Shown: positions 1 through 10,163, counted from the stretch's first letter. The stretch is 41,119 bases of DNA from an uncultured Bacteroides sp. (GCA_964482605.1 CAYZYS010000001.1:1-41119), one strand, 5' to 3'. Numbers and translations are program-made. Notes: a model not told the origin generated them from the letters alone.

Positions 1-1
1 C

Positions 2-109
2 GTCGTGCTTGTCACAGTCGCCTCGCCTGACAGCCCCAGGGCAATACAACACTGTTACGTGAGCGATGCGGAATTTGAGGATTTGGCGTTATCCTACACG
101 GGCTACTAG
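2..109 (+). CDS. 3' end of a gene entering from the left edge (unknown product)
   Basis: Open frame VVLVTVASPDSPRAIQHCYVSDAEFEDLALSYTGY* ending at TAG 107-109, followed by a + strand terminator. Confidence 0.5.
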   Translation, partial: VVLVTVASPDSPRAIQHCYVSDAEFEDLALSYTGY

Positions 110-139
110 AAACGTGCGCCGCCAGGCGCACAATGGAAA

Positions 140-174
140 CGGCTGCACAACACCATGTGCAGCCGCTTTTTTTT
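140..174 (+). terminator. Rho-independent terminator
   Basis: CGGCTGCACA-ACACCA-TGTGCAGCCG stem followed by a T8 run; lies between convergent genes. Confidence 0.85.
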
Positions 175-182
175 GTAAACAT

Positions 183-1139
183 CTATTCATAAGAGCTGGT
201 AATCCCAAAATATTCCTCCATGGAAATCCAGTCGCCATTGTTGTAAAGCTTATATGATAAATCCGTGCCAACGTAGCGCAGATGCCAGGATTCATACTGG
301 TAGCCCGTCTTGTCATCCTTGCCCTTCGGGAAACGGATTATGAAGCCGTACTTGTAGGCATTGTCATTGACCCATTTGCCCTCGTCCGTGTACTGGAAGC
401 TGTCCTCGATTGAGTTAAGGTCAAAGCAAAGCCCCGTCTGGTGTTCAGAATGCCCCGCCCTCGAGGAATATGTGTCTGCAAGGACACTTCCGTCGGTAGC
501 GACATAATTGTTGTACAGCGTCACCTGTGTGCTGTATGAGCGATAACCGCTTGCAATGTAAATGTTCAGCCCCAGCGCAGCCGCATCGCTCTGCATTTTC
601 CTGAAATTCTCCATAAGCGTCTTATCAAGGCTTGTCCTGCTGCTTCCGCTCGTCACGGGGACATCAGGGTCCGTCGGAACAAATGTCGACGGCAGGGAAT
701 ATGTCTTGTTGGCAATCAGGTAGCCGTCTATGTAGGTCACGCCATCCTTCACATACCCTTCATGTCCCGTTGCCGTCGTAAACCTTTCGGTTATGCCGTC
801 AGACAAATCAGATGCAGACAGCGTCTGCGCCTGTGTTGTTCCAATTTCACCGCCGGAAGCCACTGCATTTTCAGAAGATGTCCCGTTTTCGGAGGATGTA
901 TTTTCCCCCTGCGCACCGCCTGACGCACCATTGCCGCCACTGCCGGAGGAATACTGCCCTGTCCCGCCGCTGCCCTGTCCTGTGCCTGATGTGCCTCCAT
1001 TGCACGACTTAAATGCAAACACCACCAACACGATTACCAATACCAGAAGTGCCACCAGGACCGACGCAGCTATGCGCCTGCGGCGCATGATTTCACGCCT
1101 TCTCCTTCCGCCCCGCCTTCTTTTCACCTTTTGTCCCAT
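183..1139 (-). CDS. M15B-family D,D-/L,D-carboxypeptidase (VanY/LdcB-like), membrane-anchored
   Basis: Motifs SGYRSY, SEHQTGLCFD (SxHxxGxxxD) and ESWHLRYVG; Arg-rich N-terminus, one TM helix, Gly/Ser-rich linker. Confidence 0.9.
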   Translation of the reverse strand: MGQKVKRRRGGRRRREIMRRRRIAASVLVALLVLVIVLVVFAFKSCNGGTSGTGQGSGGTGQYSSGSGGNGASGGAQGENTSSENGTSSENAVASGGEIGTTQAQTLSASDLSDGITERFTTATGHEGYVKDGVTYIDGYLIANKTYSLPSTFVPTDPDVPVTSGSSRTSLDKTLMENFRKMQSDAAALGLNIYIASGYRSYSTQVTLYNNYVATDGSVLADTYSSRAGHSEHQTGLCFDLNSIEDSFQYTDEGKWVNDNAYKYGFIIRFPKGKDDKTGYQYESWHLRYVGTDLSYKLYNNGDWISMEEYFGITSSYE

Positions 1140-1147
1140 AATTATCC

Positions 1148-1648
1148 CTACTCCCCGTCATCAAGGATTTGCTGTATGATTGAATCAACCTGTTCCCTTG
1201 GAACCTCAAGGGCTGCCGCAAGCTCACCATGCAGGCAGTTCTGCGCCATGCGCATGTATCTTTCATCAAGGCTTATTATCTTCTTTCCCGCCGCAATCCT
1301 TTCATTATTGCGCTTATACAGGTACTTGATGAGTGCCACCCATGAGCTGCACACCGCCTTGTCCATATATGTCCTGTAATAATTTTCCCTCTGCCTTTCA
1401 ACCTCCACAACCGCCGGTTCCACATTGGGCATGTCCTTGATGAAGCTCTCCGCCTCCTCATGGGTCATGACCCTGCGCATTGATTTCTCCTCCGAGGACA
1501 CAGGTATGTATACCGTGCTGTTCTTTTCATAGATGGGCTGCATTATGTAATACAGCTCATGGACATCCATCCCGTCAAGCTTCGATATATCCTTTATGAT
1601 GCACACGCCATTGTAACCGCATACCACCATTTCTCCTTTACTGTACAT
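1148..1648 (-). CDS. CarD-family transcriptional regulator
   Basis: N-terminus YSKGEMVVCGYNGVCII...YYIMQP...VYIPV and C-terminal GELAAAL typical of CarD-like proteins; GGAGG RBS before ATG 1648. Confidence 0.85.
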   Translation of the reverse strand: MYSKGEMVVCGYNGVCIIKDISKLDGMDVHELYYIMQPIYEKNSTVYIPVSSEEKSMRRVMTHEEAESFIKDMPNVEPAVVEVERQRENYYRTYMDKAVCSSWVALIKYLYKRNNERIAAGKKIISLDERYMRMAQNCLHGELAAALEVPREQVDSIIQQILDDGE

Positions 1649-1740
1649 TAGATAACCTCCGTTTCTGAATATCAAACAGTCCCATCAATTGCATTCCAAT
1701 GCAATCTCATCCTTTGTATTCATCCACATACAGTGTCATG

Positions 1741-1778
1741 AAAAAAATCGAGTAGGAGGTCAAACCAGCTCCTACTCG
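1741..1778 (-). terminator. Rho-independent terminator downstream of the NCS2 permease
   Basis: CGAGTAGGAG / CTCCTACTCG 10-bp inverted repeat followed by a T7 run on the minus strand. Confidence 0.75.
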
Positions 1779-1848
1779 TTATGCCAACGTATTTATTTTA
1801 CCACTTTCATAAAGTTACTGCAAGCGAGGATGTCATCACTTTTCAATC

Positions 1849-3219
1849 CTACAGGAACACATACTTCAATATGAACAGCACAGTGAGGATGTACATGAGC
1901 ACGCTTATCTTCTTCTCCTTCGCCTTTCCCGTCACAAGGTTGATGATGGTCCAGGAGATTACGCCCACCGATATTCCCTCGGAAATGCTGTATGCCAGCG
2001 GCATTGCGATTATGCAGAGAAATGCAGGAATCGCATCTGACATGTCATCAAAATCAATCTTTGCAACCGAGCCCATCATATAAAAGCCCACTACAATCAA
2101 CGCAGGTGCAATGGCAAATGACGGAATGGTGAGGAACAGCGGTGAAAACACAACCGACAGAAGGAAAAGCACTGCCGTAACCGCTGCGGTAAGTCCCGTG
2201 CGCCCGCCTGCCGTCACGCCTGATGCACTCTCAACGTATGTTGTGGTGGTCGATGTGCCAAAGACCGCACCAACGGAGGTTGCGATGGCATCAGAAAGAA
2301 GTGCCGGCTTAATCCTTGGAAGCCTTCCGTTCTCGTCAAGCATGCCCGCCTTGGAGGACACCCCGATGAGCGTCCCAATTGTGTCAAACATGTCAACAAA
2401 CAGAAATGAAAATACAACCACAATCATGTCAAGGACATTTACTCCCGAAAAATCAGCCCTGAACACGGCACCAAAGGTCTGCCCGAAGGATGAGAAATCA
2501 AAGCTCACAATGGCAGTCGGAATCACGGAATACATTCCGGCTTCAGCGTCAGGGACATACAGCCCCACAAGCTCCGCAAGGATGCCAAGAACCCAGGTTG
2601 CAAGAATGCCCAGGAGGATTCCGCCCTTCACGCCCTTAATCAGCAGCACAGCAATTATCAGGACACCGACAAGCGCAAGAATTGCCCCCACCCCGACGGA
2701 ATGGAAGGTCTCGCCCTTGAAAATCTGGTATGTCACAAGGGTTGATTCGTCATTTACTATCAAATTGGCATCCTGAAGCCCGATGAATGCCACAAAAAGC
2801 CCTATTCCCACACTAACCGCCGACTTAAGCGTCATCGGGATTGCATTGAAAATCGCCTCGCGCACATTGGTAAGGGAAAGAATAATAAATATTATACCTT
2901 CAATGAATACTGCCATGAGGGCAATCTGCCAGGTATATCCCATCTTCAGCACAACGGTGTATGCAAAATATGCGTTAAGCCCAAGCCCCGGCGCCAGTGC
3001 AAACGGATAGCTTGCCAGCAGCGCCATGAGCAGCGTTCCCACAAATGACGCCAGCGCCGTTGCAATCAGCACCGCATTGGCATCCATGCCCGAAGCCGAC
3101 AGGATGTTGGGATTCACAGCCAGTATGTACGCCATGGTCATAAATGTTGTGATGCCCGCAATGACCTCCGTCCTGACATCAGTGCCATTCTCCCTTAACT
3201 TAAATATTTTCTCCAGCAT
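1849..3219 (-). CDS. NCS2/AzgA-family purine (guanine/hypoxanthine/adenine) permease
   Basis: TEVIAGITTFMTMAYILAVNP, ALAPGLGLNAYF, YVESASGVTAGGRTGL; many TM helices; RBS before ATG 3219. Confidence 0.92.
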   Translation of the reverse strand: MLEKIFKLRENGTDVRTEVIAGITTFMTMAYILAVNPNILSASGMDANAVLIATALASFVGTLLMALLASYPFALAPGLGLNAYFAYTVVLKMGYTWQIALMAVFIEGIIFIILSLTNVREAIFNAIPMTLKSAVSVGIGLFVAFIGLQDANLIVNDESTLVTYQIFKGETFHSVGVGAILALVGVLIIAVLLIKGVKGGILLGILATWVLGILAELVGLYVPDAEAGMYSVIPTAIVSFDFSSFGQTFGAVFRADFSGVNVLDMIVVVFSFLFVDMFDTIGTLIGVSSKAGMLDENGRLPRIKPALLSDAIATSVGAVFGTSTTTTYVESASGVTAGGRTGLTAAVTAVLFLLSVVFSPLFLTIPSFAIAPALIVVGFYMMGSVAKIDFDDMSDAIPAFLCIIAMPLAYSISEGISVGVISWTIINLVTGKAKEKKISVLMYILTVLFILKYVFL

Positions 3220-3278
3220 TTTTCCTCCATTCTGCACATGTCACAATGCGCAATACATGTATATTATATTATAACGTG

Positions 3279-4634
3279 CTAGTTAGCCGCCTTTTTGAAA
3301 TATTTTTTATAGGTAATGAAAAACAGCACCGCCGCCAGTGTGGTTGACAGATAATCCGAAACAGGCTGCGCCATGACAACCTGCCTTGCGCTGTCAAAAA
3401 TGTTGCTGAACAAAAGCAGTATCGGTATGAATATGAGCCCCTGCCTGCTCACTGACAGAATCAGGGACGGAATCGCCGCACCCGTCGACTGTATGGCGTT
3501 GATGAACACGAACAGCAGCCCCAGCACCGGTCCCGACAATATGTATATCCTTGAAAATGACATTCCATATACAAAAGCATCCTCATTATCAAGAAATGCG
3601 GTAACAAGCGGTCCGGCAAAGCAGTAGCATATAACCGTCATACACAGGCTTAAGGCAAATGCAAGGCACAGCGAAAACTTAAGAACTGCAATGTAACGCT
3701 TCCTGTTTCCTGCGCCAAAGCAGTATCCGAGAAGCGGCTGTATTCCAGTTCCAAGCCCAATCAGGAGCATTACCGCAATCATGTTGACCTTCATGGCAAC
3801 CCCAAGTCCAGCCACGGCCATGTCGCCATATCTTGTCATGACATTGTTGATGAGAATGTTGGACAGACTCATCAGGATGCTGTTGAGTGACGCCGGCACG
3901 CCGATGGCAAACACTCCCATGGCAATGCCATCCCCTGCCTTGTAATCCTTGATGTTGATGGAAAGCATGGATTTTTTTGACACCAGGTGTGACACATAGA
4001 ACACCGCAGAGAACACATTTCCCACAACAGTGGCTATTGCCGCACCTGCCACGTCCCAGTGAAAGCCCAGTATCATTATCGGGTCAAGCACAATGTTGAG
4101 CATATTTCCTATAATCATGCCGGTCATTGCCACCTTCGCCTGCCCCTCAGCGCGGATTATGTTGCTGAAGGTGTTGCTCACAATCAGGAACGGAATACCC
4201 ACGGCAACTATGTTAAGGTACTGCCCCGCATATCCTATGGTGTCATCGCTGGCACCGATAAGACGGCACACGGGTGTTGAAAACACCCACAAAAACACGA
4301 TTGCCACAATTCCTATGCAAAGCCCTGACCAGAAGCAGAATGCCGAGGCATTGCACGCCTTCTTCCCCCTGCCTTCACCCAGCATCCTTGATATGAGGGA
4401 GGTTCCGCCTATGCCAAACAGCATCCCCACCGCCATGAACAGCAGGAATGCCGGAGTTGCCACGGACACCGCCGCAACCATGTAGGCATCCTTCGTCTGC
4501 CCTATGAAAAATGTATCCGCCAAATTATACAAAAGCACCATGAGCATGCTTATGATTGAAGGCACAATATTGCTTATGACCGCCTTCGGGACTGGCGCAT
4601 CCCTGAAAATCTCAATTGACTTATCCTTTTGCAT
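3279..4634 (-). CDS. MATE-family efflux transporter (MepA-like)
   Basis: LYNLADTFFIG, NIVLDPIMILG, GAAIAT, GIQPLLGYCFGAG; about 12 TMs; start moved to MQKDK after a GGAGGAG RBS. Confidence 0.92.
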   Translation of the reverse strand: MQKDKSIEIFRDAPVPKAVISNIVPSIISMLMVLLYNLADTFFIGQTKDAYMVAAVSVATPAFLLFMAVGMLFGIGGTSLISRMLGEGRGKKACNASAFCFWSGLCIGIVAIVFLWVFSTPVCRLIGASDDTIGYAGQYLNIVAVGIPFLIVSNTFSNIIRAEGQAKVAMTGMIIGNMLNIVLDPIMILGFHWDVAGAAIATVVGNVFSAVFYVSHLVSKKSMLSINIKDYKAGDGIAMGVFAIGVPASLNSILMSLSNILINNVMTRYGDMAVAGLGVAMKVNMIAVMLLIGLGTGIQPLLGYCFGAGNRKRYIAVLKFSLCLAFALSLCMTVICYCFAGPLVTAFLDNEDAFVYGMSFSRIYILSGPVLGLLFVFINAIQSTGAAIPSLILSVSRQGLIFIPILLLFSNIFDSARQVVMAQPVSDYLSTTLAAVLFFITYKKYFKKAAN

Positions 4635-4705
4635 TTTCTCCTCCATTCCGCAGACACTTATCGTCAGAGGCTGTTTTGTGACGCCTGCGGCACGATTTGG
4701 CCAGG

Positions 4706-4924
4706 CTACCGCACCGCCACCAGCATGGCGGCAAAAAGGCCCACAAAACAAACCACCAGCACTGCCCCAACACCAAGACACACGTTGGAGACACGCCTGT
4801 TTTCCTTTCTAATCACAGCCCCCACAACCAGGGACATGCACATCCAGTGGAAAAACACCGAAAGAACCACCATGACAATTATGAAAATAACCATCACGCC
4901 CACCAATATGCTCATAAAAGCCAT
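4706..4924 (-). CDS. small hypothetical two-TM membrane protein (72 aa)
   Basis: AAGGAG RBS before ATG 4924, two hydrophobic segments, own consensus-like promoter. Confidence 0.55.
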   Translation of the reverse strand: MAFMSILVGVMVIFIIVMVVLSVFFHWMCMSLVVGAVIRKENRRVSNVCLGVGAVLVVCFVGLFAAMLVAVR

Positions 4925-4964
4925 ACAATCACTCCTTTCGCATGCATTTTTTCCACAAAATTGC

Positions 4965-4993
4965 ATTATAACAAAATAACACAAAAAATTCAA
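4965..4993 (-). promoter_or_regulatory. sigma-70/A promoter for the small membrane protein (and possibly the MATE gene)
   Basis: TTGAAT-17bp-TATAAT with extended -10 TG. Confidence 0.65.
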
Positions 4994-5002
4994 TATTTCG
5001 AA

Positions 5003-6127
5003 TCATATGATGGAATACATCCTGTCGCCGCTTCCCATCGACGCCGTCACCGTGGTTGCCACGCGCAGTGCCGCCTCCGTCATGCCCTGCTCCTCAAGCC
5101 ACCTTTGAAGCTCCGGCTCCGCCTGTCCTGCCGCCTGCTGGATTGCAAAGCGGTTCAGCCGGGTGCAGTAGCGCATCAGCTCCCCGAAGCCGCGGTGCTT
5201 CCCCAAGAGATTCTTGCCATAGGCGTCCTGCTCAAACTCCGCAATGGCAATCACCTCCATGCCAAGGTGCAGTTCCCCCGTCACATCCGATGCCTCCATC
5301 AGAATGTCAGGGCGGCTGCGTCTTGCCGAAAGGAAATACCGCTTTGCGCCTGCGACATCACCCTCGGCAAAATACTCCGCAAGCCGCCTTTTCACCTCCG
5401 TGACCTCAGCCTTCTCCCCCAGCATGCCGACCATGCATTCCATTACCGAAAGCCCATTTTTCGTAATCCAGACATACTGCAGAAATTCCGAGATAAAGCC
5501 GAATATCCTTCTGTGGTATGAATCCTCCTCATCCACATCAACCCGTCCCTGCACGGCAAAAAGGATTGCAAAAAGCCACTCCATGTACTCGTCATACAAT
5601 TTCTTTTTCATAATAAGCATATTTCCAAAATATGTATGCTTTTCACGTACAAGCCGTGAGAAAACATCCATATATTCAGGGTACAATTCCTGTATCACAT
5701 CAGCGGTGGTCTTAAGGTAGATGGGTTTATGGTGGGATGCGAAGCCCTCCTCATACGGAAAATTCAATTGCAAATTTTTTGTGGTGATTACATCATGGTC
5801 CTGAAGTGCCGAAAGGACTGCTGACTGCGTGAAAGGCACGCCATTTGCATCCAGCAGGTAACGCCTGTAATGGCAAATCCCCACAACGTCACTCCTCACA
5901 TTTTTCCAGACCCAGTACATCCCCGTAAGCTCGCTGTAATAACAATTCTGCCCCGAAATGTTGTCCCCCGTGTCATCCCCGCGATAGGGAAGCGCCTCCT
6001 TTGCCGTGCTCCGCCCCACATGAAGCGGAACGTAAAACGCATCATCAGGCGGTGTAAATGCCTTGTGGGTCATGACATAAATGTGGTTATCCATGTCCTG
6101 CAATGTATTTGAACCGGTTGTTTCCAT
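5003..6127 (-). CDS. DUF4422-family protein (putative glycosyltransferase) with C-terminal helical extension
   Basis: IYVMTHK, YVPLHVG, DDTGDNIS, YSELTGMYWVWKN, GICHYRRY, RIFGFISE motifs. Confidence 0.8.
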   Translation of the reverse strand: METTGSNTLQDMDNHIYVMTHKAFTPPDDAFYVPLHVGRSTAKEALPYRGDDTGDNISGQNCYYSELTGMYWVWKNVRSDVVGICHYRRYLLDANGVPFTQSAVLSALQDHDVITTKNLQLNFPYEEGFASHHKPIYLKTTADVIQELYPEYMDVFSRLVREKHTYFGNMLIMKKKLYDEYMEWLFAILFAVQGRVDVDEEDSYHRRIFGFISEFLQYVWITKNGLSVMECMVGMLGEKAEVTEVKRRLAEYFAEGDVAGAKRYFLSARRSRPDILMEASDVTGELHLGMEVIAIAEFEQDAYGKNLLGKHRGFGELMRYCTRLNRFAIQQAAGQAEPELQRWLEEQGMTEAALRVATTVTASMGSGDRMYSII

Positions 6128-6192
6128 ACTCCCCCTCCATTCTCCATCATTAAAAAATCATCATTTAAATTCATCATGTAAAAAACAGCACA

Positions 6193-7527
6193 TCAGTGTG
6201 ATTTTTCACATAATGACCCGACAAGCAGCGGTACCTCAAACAACAGCATCACCACCCAGCCCGCCAGGTTCGCCCAGGCAAGTGCCGGGAATGACATATG
6301 GAACACATAAAGCAGCAGCCACACAGCCACCACACGTCCCAGCATGTTCATGAAGGTACTGTACAGCGTAACCTTCAAATCACCGATTCCACGGAAGAAC
6401 CCCTGTATTCCATTGGTTGCGGCGGGAAGTATGTACATTGCCGCAATCAGCCTTATGTACGACACCCCAAGGTCAATCACCTCAACGCTTTCATCCTTCA
6501 CGAAAAGCCCCATCATCCCCCTGGCAAAAAGCTCCATCACAACAAAAAGGCACAGGGCATACACAAACTCAATGAGCATGCCGCACCTGAAGCCCTCCCT
6601 TATCCGCCTTGGCTTCCCTGCCCCCTTGTTCTGGGCTATGAATGTTGTCATGGCGTGTCCTATGTTCTGCTCAGGTATGTAAGCGAAATCATCCACCCTG
6701 TTGACTGCGGCAAATGCTGCAATCACGCTGACGCCCTGCATGTTCACCATCGCCTGTATCATTATCTTCCCAAGCTGCAGGCACATTTGCTGCATGGCAC
6801 TTGTACCGCCGTAGGCAACCGTCTTTTTCAGCAGTCCTGAATCAAACACAAACCAGCGCCTGCCCATGCAAAGCAGCGGAACCCTGAAGGCTATGTACAC
6901 GGCACAGCCAAGGCAGCACAGTGCCTCACTCACCACGGTGGATATGGCGCTTCCGTGGACGCCAAGCCCAAGCCCCACCACAAGCACAAGGTCCCCCAGC
7001 ACATTTAGCAGGGCGCTCATGATGAGGAAATACAGCGGCGTCCTGCTGTCACCCAGCGCCCGCAGCGTATTTGCAAGAAAATTGTATATAAATGTGAACA
7101 CAAGCCCGACAAATATTATCCGAAGATAATCCGTGGCAAGAGAAAGCATTTCCGTTGGAACCTGTATGAGCCGAAGCACAGGGGCTGCGAGCCCAAGCAT
7201 CGCCAATGTGAATGCAATGCTGAATACAACTCCACCCCAGAGGGTGGTACTAATCTGGCGTGACAGGGCATCATAATCCTTCGCCCCGTACAGGGAGCTC
7301 ATCAGGATTCCCGCACCCATGCACAAGCCGCTGATGAGCAAAATCGCAACATTCATTATGGGACCGGAGGTGCCGACAGCCGCCAGTGCGCTGTCACCGA
7401 CAAAACGTCCCACGATGATTGAATCCACCGCATTGTACATGAGCTGAAAGACATTTCCCAGCACAAGCGGAATTGTAAAGCCTGCCAATTGAGGGACAAT
7501 CCTTCCCTCTGTCATATCCTTTGCCAT
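6193..7527 (-). CDS. MATE-family efflux transporter
   Basis: DMTEG, GNVFQLMYNAVDSIIVGRFVG, LRALGDSRTPL, TTFIAQNKGAG. Confidence 0.92.
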   Translation of the reverse strand: MAKDMTEGRIVPQLAGFTIPLVLGNVFQLMYNAVDSIIVGRFVGDSALAAVGTSGPIMNVAILLISGLCMGAGILMSSLYGAKDYDALSRQISTTLWGGVVFSIAFTLAMLGLAAPVLRLIQVPTEMLSLATDYLRIIFVGLVFTFIYNFLANTLRALGDSRTPLYFLIMSALLNVLGDLVLVVGLGLGVHGSAISTVVSEALCCLGCAVYIAFRVPLLCMGRRWFVFDSGLLKKTVAYGGTSAMQQMCLQLGKIMIQAMVNMQGVSVIAAFAAVNRVDDFAYIPEQNIGHAMTTFIAQNKGAGKPRRIREGFRCGMLIEFVYALCLFVVMELFARGMMGLFVKDESVEVIDLGVSYIRLIAAMYILPAATNGIQGFFRGIGDLKVTLYSTFMNMLGRVVAVWLLLYVFHMSFPALAWANLAGWVVMLLFEVPLLVGSLCEKSH

Positions 7528-7533
7528 AATCCA

Positions 7534-8415
7534 TCATATTCTTCCCGGACGGCATGAGCAGGCAACGCCAAGACCGCCGCGTCCCACATGACAGGCAACA
7601 CCAAAGGAAATGTAATCGCACATTACCTCCATCCCCGGAAATGCCTCCTCGATTTCACGCACCCATGCCGCGGTCTCCTCCTCGTCACAGCTTGATGCCG
7701 CAAGAAGATAAACCTCATTTCTGTCATGATACTCCTTGAAGGTGGTGTCCAGGTCATTTTTGATTGCCTCAAGCATGGCAGCCTTCATCTTTGCCCGTCC
7801 ACGGCATTTCTTATATGCATCAAGGGTTCCGGTGGAGAACTTAAGCACCGGCTTAATGTTAAGCATCGTTCCCAGCGTTGCCGTGGCAGGGGAAATCCTT
7901 CCGCCCTTCTTCAAGTGTTCAAGTGTGTCTACACCTATGTATATTACATTCTTATCAGCAGAAGCGTCAAGCATTTGCTTAATCTGTGCCCCTGAATACC
8001 CCTCTGCCACCATCTCAAGGGCATCAAGCACCGACCTGTGCTGTGGTGTGGACACGCGCCCATTGTCAACCACGAACACCCTGCCCTCATACGGCTCATC
8101 TGAGGCAAGTCCTGTTGCCATCATGCAGGAGCCGCTTAGCCCGCTGCTGATTGGGATGTGGACTATCTCATCATATTCCTTCAATGCCTCATCCCACAAT
8201 GCCGTCACATCAGCAGGGGACGGCTGTGAGGTTGCCACGTCAATCCCTGAGTCCAGCCTCTCATAAAACTCCTCACGGGTTATGCCCTTGCTCTCATAAT
8301 AGCACTCATCCCCAAAATAAAAGGGCATTGGAAGCACCCTGACACCCAGCTTCTCCCCAAGCTCCTGTGATATCCCGCTATGACTGTCAGTGACAATACC
8401 GATTTTCTTACCCAC
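7534..8415 (-). CDS. DegV-family fatty-acid-binding protein (FakB-like)
   Basis: IGIVTDS, TSQPS, ISSGLSGS, LEHLKKGGRIS, LNIKPVL, HVG; probable GTG start at 8415 after GGAG. Confidence 0.9.
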   Translation of the reverse strand: MGKKIGIVTDSHSGISQELGEKLGVRVLPMPFYFGDECYYESKGITREEFYERLDSGIDVATSQPSPADVTALWDEALKEYDEIVHIPISSGLSGSCMMATGLASDEPYEGRVFVVDNGRVSTPQHRSVLDALEMVAEGYSGAQIKQMLDASADKNVIYIGVDTLEHLKKGGRISPATATLGTMLNIKPVLKFSTGTLDAYKKCRGRAKMKAAMLEAIKNDLDTTFKEYHDRNEVYLLAASSCDEEETAAWVREIEEAFPGMEVMCDYISFGVACHVGRGGLGVACSCRPGRI

Positions 8416-8737
8416 CGTAATCTCCATTTCCGGCATCCAAGGTGCCAAATGCCCCTCACATTTCAATGCATTTGCCCTAATGTCACGCCATGATAATATT
8501 TTGTAATTCAAAATATTATCATCCCTGCAAGCCCTTGTCAACCTTGACATTTTTCAACATTTTTTATATACTTCGAATGTTGCGGTGTCAACGCAAGCGC
8601 CCTTATGGTGCTTGACAGAGGCTTCCTCAGACTGTGCCTGAAGCATTGCCGGCAGACCTTGTTTGATTGATAAAACCCACGGCTGACTCCACGCAATAAT
8701 TATAATCAGCAGGCACGCCTGCGGATAGGAGAATAAA

Positions 8738-10090
8738 ATGTTAGCTGCGCAAATACTTGCGGTTGTGATATTTGTTGCGATGTTCGCAGTCATCATAACC
8801 GGCAAAGTCGAAAGACACATTCCTGCACTGATTGGTGCGGCAGCCATGCTGGTAATCGTATTCGGTATCTGCATGAGAAGCACAAGTGCAATCCTGGAAA
8901 CACTCAACCTAAAATGCTTTATCACAAGCGAATTCTGGTATGCACCGGGCAACCACGCCGAGGAATCCACCGGAATCAACTGGTCAACAATCATGTTCTT
9001 TCTCGGCATGATGATACTCGTCGAGGGAATGGGAAAGGTAGGCTTCTTCCGCTGGCTGTGCCTGAAGCTTGCCAAGCTGGTAAAGTACAAGATAATTCCG
9101 CTGTTCCTGTCATTCATGGTGCTGTCAGCAGTGCTGTCAATGTTCATCGACAGCATCACGGTAATACTGTTTCTGGCCGCGATAACCATAGAGCTGTCGC
9201 AAATGCTGAAGTTCAATCCGGTGTACATGATATTGCCCGAGATATTCTGTGCAAATCTTGGCGGCTCCTCAACCATGAGCGGTGACCCGCCGAACATCAT
9301 TATCGGAACCTCACTGGGGCTGTCCTTCACGGACTTCCTGTGTAACACCGGAATAATTGCACTTGTGTCACTCATTGCAATGTTGGTGTATTTTTACATT
9401 TGCTTTGGAAAAAAGCTGAAGGGCGAGGCGCAGGCCATTGACAGCGCATCCATGGAGGACCCAAGGAATGCCATCACCAACATGCCGGGCTTCATAATCG
9501 ACACAGTGATATTCCTGTTCATCGTGTTCCTGCTTGTGACACACGCCCAGACTGGGATAACCGTGGCATCCATCGGTGCCATAGCAGGTGTTCTCACATT
9601 GGTGACCTCCGTTGACGGAACGCTCCTCAAAAAGGTTGACTGGAACACAATCCTGTTCTTCGTGGGGCTGTTCGTTGTGGTTGGAGGGCTTGAGGAAACA
9701 CACATCCTTGATGCCATCGCAACCCTCATCAACAAGCTCAGCGGCGGAAATGTGGCAATCATGTGTGCGGTAATACTGTGGTTCTCCGCAATTGCAAGTG
9801 CCGTAATCGACAACATACCATTTGCGGCAACCATGATTCCCGTAATAAAGGCGCTTTCCGTAAGCATGGGCGTGCCTATTGAGACGCTTGCCTGGACGCT
9901 TGCACTGGGAACCGACATAGGCGGCAACGCAACACCAATCGGTGCCTCCGCCAACGTGGTCGGAACATCCATTGCGGAAAAGAACGGTCACCACATCACC
10001 TGGGGCACATATTGCAAATATGCAATCCCCGCAACGGTGATAACGCTTCTCATCGGAAACATCATGATTTATTTCATTTACATTGCATAA
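8738..10090 (+). CDS. ArsB/NhaD (IT superfamily) anion transporter, P-protein/SLC13-like
   Basis: SMFIDSIT, ANLGGSSTMSGDPPNIII, SAVIDNIP, GGNATPIGASANVV; about 12 TMs. Confidence 0.85.
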   Translation: MLAAQILAVVIFVAMFAVIITGKVERHIPALIGAAAMLVIVFGICMRSTSAILETLNLKCFITSEFWYAPGNHAEESTGINWSTIMFFLGMMILVEGMGKVGFFRWLCLKLAKLVKYKIIPLFLSFMVLSAVLSMFIDSITVILFLAAITIELSQMLKFNPVYMILPEIFCANLGGSSTMSGDPPNIIIGTSLGLSFTDFLCNTGIIALVSLIAMLVYFYICFGKKLKGEAQAIDSASMEDPRNAITNMPGFIIDTVIFLFIVFLLVTHAQTGITVASIGAIAGVLTLVTSVDGTLLKKVDWNTILFFVGLFVVVGGLEETHILDAIATLINKLSGGNVAIMCAVILWFSAIASAVIDNIPFAATMIPVIKALSVSMGVPIETLAWTLALGTDIGGNATPIGASANVVGTSIAEKNGHHITWGTYCKYAIPATVITLLIGNIMIYFIYIA

Positions 10091-10094
10091 ATCA

Positions 10095-10138
10095 AAAAGG
10101 CTCATCACGGACATTATGCCTGCCGTGATGAGCCTTTT
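10095..10138. terminator. bidirectional Rho-independent terminator
   Basis: AAAAGGCTCATCACGG...CCGTGATGAGCCTTTT inverted repeat between convergent genes. Confidence 0.85.
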
Positions 10139-10163
10139 ATTCAGCAAAAACAGAGAGGGCAAA

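Noticed and set aside
183-1139. Vancomycin resistance gene (vanY)
   Set aside because: No van ligase, vanH/X or vanRS in the window; M15B peptidases are common housekeeping enzymes
3220-3278. Purine riboswitch upstream of the NCS2 permease (also checked before guaB and purC)
   Set aside because: The NCS2 and guaB leaders are too short, and no purine-aptamer core (e.g. GTTTCTAC) is visible in any of the three
4697-5521. His-rich 274-aa + strand ORF
   Set aside because: Antisense shadow of the hydrophobic small ORF and the DUF4422 gene
8738-10090. Arsenic resistance pump
   Set aside because: No arsR/arsC neighbours; the motifs fit generic IT-superfamily anion permeases
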